Positions 53,801-62,335 of a DNA stretch of 64,000 bases are shown here, piece by piece. Source of the DNA: Spirochaetota bacterium (GTDB taxonomy: Bacteria; Spirochaetota; UBA4802; UBA5550); contig CAXXHB010000003.1 in NCBI GenBank assembly GCA_963664815.2, positions 2,048,001 through 2,112,000 of the forward strand, given 5' to 3'. The notes below the pieces were generated by a model that worked only from the letters and a program-made list of their open reading frames with translations, ran no database searches and was not told the DNA's origin. The translations under genes were made by a program, and so were the position numbers. Position 1 is the stretch's first letter, and each line of letters opens with the position of its first letter.

Positions 53801-56800
53801 GCTCCGTTTCCGGCTGCGTCTATCGATTTGGCGTACAGATCGCCGTCTGTTGTCAATACTCCGCTCTTCTCTGTTTTATGCTCTTCCGCATGTTCGTTGT
53901 ATGCGGCCCTTACATTTAAACTGCCGCCGGTGGTTATATCGGCTTCGCCCCCTATATTAAGTGTGCTCCCTGTTATATCGGTATCTTTCCCCGATTTTGA
54001 TGCGTACTGCCCTGCTATGTCAATGGCAGATCCGCTGACTGTCTTGTCCGACACCATGTCGCTTTTCTTCTCGGAGCCGTATAATGCCCCACCTGTGGCA
54101 AAACCTGTCTTTTCCGTTGTCCTGCTGTAGTATGATTCGTCATGAACTGCTATTATCCTTTCGGTACCTTCAGCGTCAAGTTCGGCATCTCCACCCGATT
54201 TTATATCGCTTCCAACTATATTTATGTCGTTTCCGCTCTTTACCTTAAGGTTTCCCCCTGTTGTGAAACCGGAGCTTACAACGGTCTTTGTACTCATATC
54301 CACTGTTGTGGTTTCACTGCTGAAGGTTTTATTCTCTTTCTTTGTGCCGTGATAACTACTGGTATCATAGTCGTTAAGAAGATTAAAATTACCCGCTGTA
54401 GTTATATCGGCGCTTCCTGTAATGTCAGCTTTGCTCCCGACAAAGTTTATATCCCTTCCCGATGCAAGTACAAGGTTTCCCCCTGATGCAAGCGTGGAAC
54501 CGGCAGATTCGGAGGTAGTTGATATTCCGCTTGTATCGTCAGCTTCCTTATAAACGGTATTATTGATCTTAATCGTTTCAAAATTTATATTCCCGCCGGC
54601 TTCAATTACCGCGTCACCCCCCGATTTTACTTCTGCCCCCCTGTTTGTAAAATTACCCCCGGCGTTTACAGTCAGTTTTCCCCCTGCTTCTATGGATGCT
54701 GCTGCACCAACGGTTGTATTTACATAGTCCGGATTATATACTGCAGTGCTTACTTCTGTTTCATTTATAATATTTCCATTTACTGCTGTAAGGGTAAGGG
54801 AACCGCCGCTTTTTATTGTTCCCCCGCTATTTGTTATATTGCCATTCGCGGTTATTTCCACAGAGCTTTTCCCTTCAATCCTGCCGGCATTGCCTACATT
54901 GCCATCAGCATTGATATTAACCGAATTACCCGCTATTGTTGAACTGCTGTTCTTTGAAAATCCCTCTATTATATGTTCAGGTATATATATCTTCGGTACA
55001 AGGACTTTCTGACCCATTACCTCATCTTCCACATACCATATAATTGGCTGCTGCAGCCTGTTTATCTGGTCTTTGCTCAGTTCAACTCCCACTGCAAGTT
55101 CAAGATCCCTGTAGGCGCTGGCTGCGTTGTCAAGAAGCCATGTCATCTGCTCCTGGTCGCTCTTTATACTCTCGTCAAGGTACCTGTTTGAAGTGGCTTT
55201 AAGGATGGATTCCGTAACAAGCTTCTGCTCATAAAACGCATCACCGAGAAATTTCACATCCTTTTCAGGGTTAAATCCTATCCTGGTCAGCAGGTACTGT
55301 GAACCCTTAAGCTTTTCTACATCTATATATTCATTTCTTGTTTCTATAAGGTAGGTCGAACCTGGAGCGCTGTTTACTGTAAAAAGAGCATTTCCGTCAT
55401 TGTTTATATTTATATTTTGAGAAAGATCAATGGCTCCATTATTTGCAATTGCTTCATATGCCTTATCAACAGTATTTCCGGATAGTACAACTCCCGGCTT
55501 ATTCTCCTCTACAAATCCATTGTTAACCGCACCGCCTGTTAAAGTAACCTTTCCGCCGGCGCTTATAATGGCTTTATCATTGGATACTACATTAATGTAT
55601 CCGGCTTCCCACACTTCCGAATAATCATCCCCTTCATCATATTCTGTCCAGCCCCAGTGGCAAAATTTTTTTGTCCAGTGATGTTTATGCCCCATATAAT
55701 TAAGCTGCGCTACATATTCATTCCTGTTGTTTGTTTCATTTATAAGAGTGGCTGCATTTATTGTAATATCAGCTCCTGCGGATATTACGCTTCCATGGTT
55801 TTTAACCTCTCCGGATGTTATGTCCAGATTTCCACCCGCCTTAATAGTGGAATAATCAGTATGCATCAGAGACTGGGAGAGCACATATTGATCCATTACA
55901 GCCCAGCATTCATCCCCATAGTCCCCTACATGAACAAATGTTGTGGTATACCCGTAGGTATCCTCCCCCGTATTTTCAAGCCTGCCGTCTGCTCCAAGGT
56001 TTATTGACATGTTTTTTTCAGATTCAATATTTGAGGAATAATTATATATACTGTTCCCTGTTGGAGCGGTACCTGTAATTGTCATATCTCCCATAGAATA
56101 TATATAGCTCTCATTAAGGCCGTTCCTGGTATTTTTAAGGGAACCTGTCTCAATAGTCATCTTGTTGCCTGAAAATATCAGGGCTCCGCTGTTAAGAATT
56201 GTATCTGCGTGTATAGCAAGATCATTTCCCGATGATATTTCTTTATAATTACTTATATTTTTCCCATTTATAGCCATATCTGATGCGCTGCTTATAATGC
56301 CGCTGTTGACAATATTACCGCCGGATGATATTGACACCCCCTGTTTTGAAACAATGCTGCTTCCGCTGCTGTTGACTATATTACCGGAGGCGTTTATCCC
56401 TATTGCTCCGTTCATTGAGAGGTTAATGTTGTTTGTAAAGTCAGCAGAGGATATGCCGAGGTGCTTCTCTGCATATATGGAAGATATTCCGCTGTTCAGG
56501 GTAACGTTTCCGGTCATATCTATCCCGATATTACCGGCAGACTTTATCTCTCCGCCAAGTATGTCAAGGCTGCCGTTACCATGTATGCTTATTGTGCCGT
56601 TTTCACCAGCTGTTGTAATACTCCCGCCGTTATTGTCGAGAGTTCCTGTTGCGGCTATATCTATATTCCCCGAGGAGGCTATTTTCCCCCCGTTATTGTC
56701 AATTAACCCTGCCAGCGATATATCCTTAAGGGCCTTTATGCTCCCCCTGTTGGTTATATTTTTAGCGGAATAGCCTGCATTCTCCATGGCAAAGGTATTG

Positions 56801-57768
56801 CCGTTCTGTTTTATATCACCTGAAATGGAGGTTACTGTTACATTTTTCGCAGACTGTGCATTTTTCAGTTCAATATTGCCGTCAGCCGATATTTTTATAT
56901 CCGATACATCGGCAACCATATCACCGTCCGATTTTACGCCAACGCCCTTCTCATTGCTTACCACTGTAATTCGCCCTGCATATATGCTTCCAAGGGCGGA
57001 GGCGTCAATCCCTATCTCAGGTTTCGGTTCGCCTGTATCCTTCTGTGTAAATGTTTTGTCATTATAGTTATAAAACCCGGTTCCCGTATTTATGCTTACA
57101 TCCTTTCCCCATATGCCGCCGTTAAGGGAGGCTACCCTTGATACTATTTCAAAATAGTTCACCTGCCCGGCATCTATCCCCTTCCCCTCAACTATCAGTG
57201 AACCGCCGCTTATATCTATGCCTTTAAAGACATCGGAATCGAAGACAGCCCTCCCTGTGGCCAGGGTTACCCTGGGCATATTGATAAATGAGGCACCGTT
57301 GCACATTATACCGTTGGGGTTTACAAGGACAAATTCCGCAGATTTACCAAACATCTCCGTGGCTCCCAGCAGGCTGCTTCTTCCGGTGCCCGTCACTTCG
57401 TTTATTACAAGAGAGGCGGCGACGCCGCTGCTCTGGTAATTGGGATTTCCATACATGGCGCCCCCGAGAACAGACACACCCATATTTACGGAGTTGTTGA
57501 GTATTACGCCGCCGGTACCTACATTATAGTTCTGAAACATGTTGTGCGAAACGCCGTTTGAGTTTGCTGTTGCGAGGTTTACTACTGTTACGCCGTTCTG
57601 TGCGGTATCCAGAGTGGGCTTGTTCGCCGCCGAGGTATCGACAGTTATATCCGCAGCGTATAATGGAGGCAGTGCAAAGGTACACATCTCACCTGCCAGC
57701 AGAAGTACAAGTAATTGCTTTAAGATCTCTTTTAACCTTTTCATAACACTTATCTTCCCGGGTAACAT
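50848..57768 (-). CDS. CdiA/TpsA-like filamentous haemagglutinin polymorphic toxin, 2306 aa
   Basis: Signal peptide; TPS domain (GVSHN, NPN, NPNGI); haemagglutinin repeats; YEQKLV..QEQMTWL..WYV motif; variable C-terminus. Confidence 0.93.
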   Translation of the reverse strand: MLPGKISVMKRLKEILKQLLVLLLAGEMCTFALPPLYAADITVDTSAANKPTLDTAQNGVTVVNLATANSNGVSHNMFQNYNVGTGGVILNNSVNMGVSVLGGAMYGNPNYQSSGVAASLVINEVTGTGRSSLLGATEMFGKSAEFVLVNPNGIMCNGASFINMPRVTLATGRAVFDSDVFKGIDISGGSLIVEGKGIDAGQVNYFEIVSRVASLNGGIWGKDVSINTGTGFYNYNDKTFTQKDTGEPKPEIGIDASALGSIYAGRITVVSNEKGVGVKSDGDMVADVSDIKISADGNIELKNAQSAKNVTVTSISGDIKQNGNTFAMENAGYSAKNITNRGSIKALKDISLAGLIDNNGGKIASSGNIDIAATGTLDNNGGSITTAGENGTISIHGNGSLDILGGEIKSAGNIGIDMTGNVTLNSGISSIYAEKHLGISSADFTNNINLSMNGAIGINASGNIVNSSGSSIVSKQGVSISSGGNIVNSGIISSASDMAINGKNISNYKEISSGNDLAIHADTILNSGALIFSGNKMTIETGSLKNTRNGLNESYIYSMGDMTITGTAPTGNSIYNYSSNIESEKNMSINLGADGRLENTGEDTYGYTTTFVHVGDYGDECWAVMDQYVLSQSLMHTDYSTIKAGGNLDITSGEVKNHGSVISAGADITINAATLINETNNRNEYVAQLNYMGHKHHWTKKFCHWGWTEYDEGDDYSEVWEAGYINVVSNDKAIISAGGKVTLTGGAVNNGFVEENKPGVVLSGNTVDKAYEAIANNGAIDLSQNININNDGNALFTVNSAPGSTYLIETRNEYIDVEKLKGSQYLLTRIGFNPEKDVKFLGDAFYEQKLVTESILKATSNRYLDESIKSDQEQMTWLLDNAASAYRDLELAVGVELSKDQINRLQQPIIWYVEDEVMGQKVLVPKIYIPEHIIEGFSKNSSSTIAGNSVNINADGNVGNAGRIEGKSSVEITANGNITNSGGTIKSGGSLTLTAVNGNIINETEVSTAVYNPDYVNTTVGAAASIEAGGKLTVNAGGNFTNRGAEVKSGGDAVIEAGGNINFETIKINNTVYKEADDTSGISTTSESAGSTLASGGNLVLASGRDINFVGSKADITGSADITTAGNFNLLNDYDTSSYHGTKKENKTFSSETTTVDMSTKTVVSSGFTTGGNLKVKSGNDINIVGSDIKSGGDAELDAEGTERIIAVHDESYYSRTTEKTGFATGGALYGSEKKSDMVSDKTVSGSAIDIAGQYASKSGKDTDITGSTLNIGGEADITTGGSLNVRAAYNEHAEEHKTEKSGVLTTDGDLYAKSIDAAGNGATTAAGSAITAGKLKASTGGDFLMEGSAINAGIAEFDTTGSFTETSAKETSYEYSIHEKTTMGINMDLFTNPKNAFDYDQGRASVTLAGGSYDSVKERTDRETQSSSKLNVSEDLTVNSGKNITVAGSEINTGGDVTLTAAENVSIKTTEEKTSHTAEETHGSVEFSFGGKNAATDVAYATKALVEAKEAVVKAKNDYEKYRESLKKAEDDHKNNLIDQDDLDSIREQEAFYIANIALCGENVVAKTAALLQSAAGAAGSAGTFGFSGDAQFEIDATKTKSTSESTTAKASTIKTGGSFTVTAGSKAEVKGSSVAAGEDITLDAENVEISAAENRESSSEDKKHANMKVSFGTSGAIGVNASADSTETDSESKTYTNAHLSGNNIKIKSSEDTTVIGGVVKAKNELDLDVNGSLVVQSLQDKSKNSSQTIGASGGVSVTGENVSGNAGVNANFSTGKKSWVTEQTSLTGGTVNVDVEDKTTLRGAVIASTTDNLTLTTGSLEFSNIKDKDVSFNAGGSASGSFKPTENTYSSSLNYGYTDNRQTNLATIGAGTITITKPETSAEGLNRDVTISQYNTYSGGLKGGVTVDTATVELIKDREKTIYDTVGALESGLTEAEKTAKKVDKEIETTIEKTENLLKFDHYTEDKNVSSFQTMDEYEKKVENGKPVSASETLAYYGSKNLVGEALSPDEQMDMLNAYKTVKQELSNSLSKDILDTYTKDTAVVINAKIALLKEIDPDAAHAIEVKFAKERAANNLAQAKDSSDEIYNQSMQTLTNIREIVEQQEEDNQKSIVYKTYGIGANATYGRPGMALSGGIEGGVMLQVDNSQDSLIKQVIGLSYTVTMPVVGPLVGNLIHDALNSVDSMGYATYNATAVVGNQDLISDKTTDYPVAYVQSAGVYETMKTTQGEKIENMNNAYDDMLQFSNNYTLSIPGTSASVNYERSYSGKTIGVDFGTGLGWSSGGYYPTYTRNIGNTKGYLSE

Positions 57769-57848
57769 GTTTTTTCAACAGGTGCCCTTTACCGGTTTGT
57801 TTATGTATGTCCGGTTTTATATTTTTTTTAAATAAGATAACTCCCTGG

Positions 57849-58214
57849 TTACTTTTTTATGGCCTTGATCATTTTATTGCATATGTCGTTAAAGATCTCC
57901 GCTTCAGCCCCTTTAAGCTTGGCCCTCTGCATAAAGAAAAGAAAATTTTTCGCCATTGGAAGGGGGAAATCAATTTCAACCGACTTTTTTTTATCTGAAC
58001 TTACACTCTTGTATTCATCTACAAGAAGATTCTTGATATCTATGAACGGCATTACCTCATCGCCTCTGAGGTCAATAGTGTTAAGAATATTTATACAAAG
58101 GGCTAGCTCTTCAGAGGTGAATTTTATACTTACCTTCGGGTCCTTTGCAACTGCCGCTGTCATTATACCCATTATTAACACTGCACAGATTGATGTTTTA
58201 AAAAAATTATTCAT
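57849..58214 (-). CDS. small exported protein upstream of the toxin
   Basis: Signal peptide ending AVA; two internal ~45-aa repeats. Confidence 0.65.
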   Translation of the reverse strand: MNNFFKTSICAVLIMGIMTAAVAKDPKVSIKFTSEELALCINILNTIDLRGDEVMPFIDIKNLLVDEYKSVSSDKKKSVEIDFPLPMAKNFLFFMQRAKLKGAEAEIFNDICNKMIKAIKK

Positions 58215-58411
58215 AAAAGCATGGTTTCCTTTTTTTAAATATTTATTTACCCGTATTATATTCCTGAATAAACAGATAAAATATATTTAAATCTCCTGCG
58301 CAATTTGCTCCGGAGATTATATTATTTCTTTATTCACACTAAAATATATCTTCAGGAATCAATACATAAATTATATTAATATTTTTATATTCTTAAAATT
58401 GTCAACTCAAA

Positions 58412-58635
58412 TTACTCTTTTTTATCATTCTTTTTTGTAAACATATTCCATGTTTCTTCGCCAAGACCGGAAATACTCATAGTGGCAATACAGTAAATGA
58501 TATGGCTGTTTTCATCCAGGAAATCGGGCTGGCGGTGCTTCCTCGAATAGGTAAAGTTTACATTTATAATCCCGGATGAGTAGACAATACCGGTTGAATA
58601 CCCGGTTATATAACCTTTTCCCCTGCCGTAATTGG
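58412..58635 (-). pseudogene. probable C-terminal remnant of a TpsB/CdiB (ShlB-family) transporter
   Basis: Start-less open frame NYGRGKGYITGYSTGIVYSSGIINVNFTYSRKHRQPDFLDENSHIIYCIATMSI... cut by the IS66 end at 58636. Confidence 0.6.
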
Positions 58636-59084
58636 GTAAGCGTTAAATTCCCCGCGTACCAGTATTCTGTCCGTAAATCCTTTCATTTGTGACAAAACAT
58701 GGTAGAAGCTTCAACATTTCCTCTCTGGTCGACACCAATGGAAACTCAGAGAATAGAAATCGCAGGTATGCATACGGCTCAAGACTGTTAACTTCAGCAC
58801 TCTCTACCAGACTGTACATCATTGCGCTCGCATCCGCACCACGAGGTGTATTTGAAAACATCCAGTTCTTGCGGTAGCCCGCGCGGTGCCCATGCCAGTG
58901 CCGGATTATACAGCATAATCGAGACGGCAAAGGCAAATGGTCTTGAGCCATACTGGTATCTTAGATACCTGTTTGAAAAATTACCTGCCTGTACAAGTGA
59001 TAATGAAATCCGGTCAATTATGCCAAATAGAATTGATCCTGAAGTTATCAGTAAATTCAGAGGTGGGGTTAATTAAGCACATAC
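58636..59084. mobile_element. two fused IS66 transposase (tnpC) 3' remnants, back to back
   Basis: RKNWMFSNTPRGA..YSLVESA on minus and SPRGAHASAGLYSIIETAKANGLEP on plus; outer ends GTAAGCGT and ..GCACATAC. Confidence 0.85.
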
Positions 59085-59274
59085 AAATAAACAGGGCGAT
59101 TGACCGCTTGAGAAAAATCCACGCCCGGCAGGATATAAAAAACTTCAAAACAGAAATGCCTACCGTGTAAGGGCGGGCAACTACAGAATTATTTATGAAA
59201 TCAAGGACAGTGAACTCTTTATCCTGGTTATCCGCGTCAGACACCGGAGTGATGTTTATAAAAACATGCCGTAA
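59085..59274 (+). pseudogene. RelE/ParE toxin fragment
   Basis: NPRPAGYKKL..YRVRAGNYRIIYEI..VIRVRHRSDVY; frameshifted and 5'-truncated by IS66. Confidence 0.85.
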
Positions 59275-59291
59275 CGTAGCTTATTTATTCT

Positions 59292-59675
59292 TCACCAAAA
59301 AGCCGTTTCATCAATATTTAAAAGCCCGATAACGGTCTTATGAAGTTTTATTACTTTTTCAACAGCATCTTTTAGAACAACTTGAACTTCAGACTCTTCC
59401 TCTGCACCAACCTGCGTGGAGTATAAATACCATTTATAACCATCAATTCCAGCATCAAACTCAGCCGTCTTTAGAAAAGCCTGAATATCAGCATCAACAA
59501 TCTTATCCCGGTTTTTCAGCAACGCATCATATGAGCCAGGATTAATATCTGAAGTAACATAATAATATTCTCGCGATACCCCGGAACCGAGAATCCTTAT
59601 CTCCCTTGACAGATATACCTGCGAATATGGGACTCCTTCGCCCCATAAATCTCCGGTTTTATCGTCACGTTTCAT
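59292..59675 (-). CDS. hypothetical protein (cassette-like)
   Basis: GGAGG RBS; ATG about 45 bp after the attC-like hairpin. Confidence 0.65.
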   Translation of the reverse strand: MKRDDKTGDLWGEGVPYSQVYLSREIRILGSGVSREYYYVTSDINPGSYDALLKNRDKIVDADIQAFLKTAEFDAGIDGYKWYLYSTQVGAEEESEVQVVLKDAVEKVIKLHKTVIGLLNIDETAFW

Positions 59676-59717
59676 TTATTCCTCCAATAGCTGTTACTAA
59701 ACTCTCTCTTCCGCACC

Positions 59718-59843
59718 CCCGAACTTCAGCGATAAAATGGATTATGCCGCAGCGCTCCGCGACGTACCCTCAATCTCATCGGGCGGGGAGCATCCCGCCA
59801 TTGTTCATTCGGCGCACATAATCCATTTTATCGAAAGTTCGGG
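59718..59843 (-). repeat. attC-like hairpin with AAC/GTT cores
   Basis: Minus strand CCCGAAC-tttc-GATAAAATGGATTATG ... CATAATCCATTTTATC-gctgaa-GTTCGGG. Confidence 0.65.
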
Positions 59844-60027
59844 AAATTGCTGTGGTAATTGACTGGACTTCTTTACTATTAACAGTTTATGATCCATCAA
59901 AACTTTTTATTTCTGTGAACTTACTAGATTAATACTTTTTACAAACTAGAAACGAATGGATTGACCAGTGCCATCACTAAAAACATTTATATTTAAAGAT
60001 TAAAGAATGTTTTTTGAATAGCCTCGA

Positions 60028-60282
60028 CTAATCCACATCTATTTCATCTTTAAATGGTTCTCTAACCTTATTAATATATTTTTTTGAAATAGCTTTAAAT
60101 TGTTTATAATTGATTCTCGCTTGATTTAAACTTTCAACATTTGCCCCACCTTTATAATCAGGATCATTGAATTGAACATTATCATCTTCCCAATAACAAA
60201 CAGGACATATTTCAAACGTACCTGTAGGTTTTTCAGTTAAGGTTAAATTATTACAACATGGGCATTTGTATTTTTCTCTCAT
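60028..60282 (-). CDS. CPCC cysteine-rich protein, putative immunity
   Basis: CPCC..FEICPVCYWEDD..GGAN..SLNQAR.NY. Confidence 0.88.
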   Translation of the reverse strand: MREKYKCPCCNNLTLTEKPTGTFEICPVCYWEDDNVQFNDPDYKGGANVESLNQARINYKQFKAISKKYINKVREPFKDEIDVD

Positions 60283-60302
60283 AAAATTAATTACTCTTGA
60301 TT

Positions 60303-61706
60303 TTATTTTTGCTTATTAAAATATTCTACACCATTATCTGGCTTGAACATGGTCTTAGGTGTACCATTAGAAGTTTTAACACCAAAAGTATTTGTTTCTG
60401 GATGATAAATGATAATCTCACCATTCGTCCGAACTTTAAACAAAGAACCATCTGGTGGATTATTAACAAAATCCTTTGCTTTATCAACATATTGCTTACT
60501 ATTTTGAATATCTGAAAATTCATCGCCATGTTTTTCCCAATGACTATAAGCATTCTCTACTGAAGATTTATTTTTAGTTGATGACCAGATACTTTTACTA
60601 CCTGCTACGTCATTCGCCCCATCAGCAATAACTTTTTCTATTTCACCAGTCGCTTTAGCTTCCCTTCCTACTAATCCACTGGATGCAGTTGTCGCATCTC
60701 CTAAACTTATATGTTCAGGTATATTGTCTGCTGCTTCCTTAAACACCACACCTAAAGCTAAATTGAATGCCTGCTTCAACGTACTATCAGAATTTCCGGC
60801 ATTTGCAATCGATTCAATCGAATTTTCAGTTAATTTGTCTTTAACTATACGTAATAGTTTTGCATCAGGAGAATTGGAATCAGTATTATCAATCCCCATT
60901 GTATTAACTGTTCCCGAAAGATTGACAACATTATTTGCTATCTCATTTCCCTGCTGTATCTCCGCATCTCTTAAACTTGAATTTACCGCCAGCTGCTTGG
61001 CATAAGCTATCGCCACCCTCTCCTTAGCAAACTTAACCTCAATTGCATGTGCCGCATCAGGGTCAATCTCTTTAAGCAGCGCTATCTTGGCATTTATTAC
61101 AACCGCAGTATCTTTCGTATATGTATCAAGAATATCCTTTGACAGACTATTTGATAGCTCCTGCTTTACAGTTTTGTAAGCATTCAGCATATCCATCTGC
61201 TCATCGGGGCTCAGTGCTTCTCCGACAAGGTTTTTTGATCCGTAATATGCAAGTGTCTCTGATGCACTTACAGGTTTCCCGTTTTCAACCTTCTTCTCGT
61301 ATTCATCCATTGTCTGGAATGATGATACATTTTTATCTTCTGTATAGTGGTCAAATTTTAACAGGTTCTCAGTCTTCTCAATTGTTGTTTCAATTTCCTG
61401 ATCTACCTTCTTCGCTGTTTTCTCTGCTTCAGTTAATCCACTTTCCAATGCATCTACTGTATTATATAAGGTCTTTTCCCTGTCTTTTATCAGTGCTACT
61501 GTCGCGGTATCTACCGTAACTCCGCCTTTAAGTCCTCCGCTGTATGTATTGTATTGTGATATTGTTACATCTCTGTTAAGTCCCTCTGCCGATGTTTCCG
61601 GTTTGGTTATTGTTATTGTTCCTGCTCCTATTGTTGCCAGGTTTGTCTGTCTGTTATCTGTGTAGCCGTAGTTTAAGGGCGTGACACTGACGATCTTGAA
61701 TATCAT
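60303..61706 (-). CDS. orphan CdiA-CT cassette with putative RNase tip
   Basis: Anchor 1 plus shared middle blocks; tip NAYSHWEKHG.EF..YHPETNTF..PKTMFKP. Confidence 0.85.
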   Translation of the reverse strand: MIFKIVSVTPLNYGYTDNRQTNLATIGAGTITITKPETSAEGLNRDVTISQYNTYSGGLKGGVTVDTATVALIKDREKTLYNTVDALESGLTEAEKTAKKVDQEIETTIEKTENLLKFDHYTEDKNVSSFQTMDEYEKKVENGKPVSASETLAYYGSKNLVGEALSPDEQMDMLNAYKTVKQELSNSLSKDILDTYTKDTAVVINAKIALLKEIDPDAAHAIEVKFAKERVAIAYAKQLAVNSSLRDAEIQQGNEIANNVVNLSGTVNTMGIDNTDSNSPDAKLLRIVKDKLTENSIESIANAGNSDSTLKQAFNLALGVVFKEAADNIPEHISLGDATTASSGLVGREAKATGEIEKVIADGANDVAGSKSIWSSTKNKSSVENAYSHWEKHGDEFSDIQNSKQYVDKAKDFVNNPPDGSLFKVRTNGEIIIYHPETNTFGVKTSNGTPKTMFKPDNGVEYFNKQK

Positions 61707-61935
61707 TTGGCGTAATGTTTTACGCCCCTACATGTTGTTAATATTTTTTATTATATATGAAATGTTTATTTCACATTCGTCAGGTCCGGGCTTTCCGCTT
61801 GTATAAAACGGCCAATCTGTTGATTTCTATTTACTCTTTATTGATTGCCGTTTTATATCGCTGCAATCCCTCACGCGGTGTGCTTTTATATTGTTGGTTT
61901 TCAAGGAGCTGAAGTTATTAGTGGATAAATCAAAA
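61671..61935 (-). repeat. spacer A copy
   Basis: Contains canonical CGCCCCTAC (GTAG-REP) and the GAGGGATTGCAGCG..AGCGGAAAGCCCG core on the minus strand. Confidence 0.9.
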
Positions 61936-62023
61936 AAGTACTACTCACAAATTATATTTTCTATAGTTGGACTTTAGCGAAATTCCGTGACTTGTTGTGT
62001 TAATTGATTCACATTAAAACTTT

Positions 62024-62335
62024 TTATTTTACTTTTATCAAGTTAATTATAGCACTAATCGCCAAATAAGAAAAAAATATTATTAACAACAATGCCAATA
62101 TGTCTTCATAATTAGTAAACTTTCGAGAACCCAACATTAAAATTATAATAATTGCAAATAATTTATTATACCATTTTGTTTCAACAATAGGAGCTTTTTC
62201 AATTTTTTCAATTTTTAACAAATCACCTTTTTTTTTTGCATTAAAAAATTTTATAAAAAACAAAATAAGTGTAATAATCATCGAAAAAAATAAAACTACC
62301 TCTGATACTAACAATATATTTTTTAAACTAATCAT
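62024..62335 (-). CDS. putative membrane immunity protein
   Basis: Three TM helices; overlaps the toxin stop. Confidence 0.75.
   Translation of the reverse strand: MISLKNILLVSEVVLFFSMIITLILFFIKFFNAKKKGDLLKIEKIEKAPIVETKWYNKLFAIIIILMLGSRKFTNYEDILALLLIIFFSYLAISAIINLIKVK

Noticed and set aside
48435-57835. Long plus-strand ORFs (e.g. 48435-49313, 52232-53110, 52771-53484)
   Set aside because: They are antisense shadows of the Ser/Thr/Gly-rich haemagglutinin frame, with no recognisable motifs.
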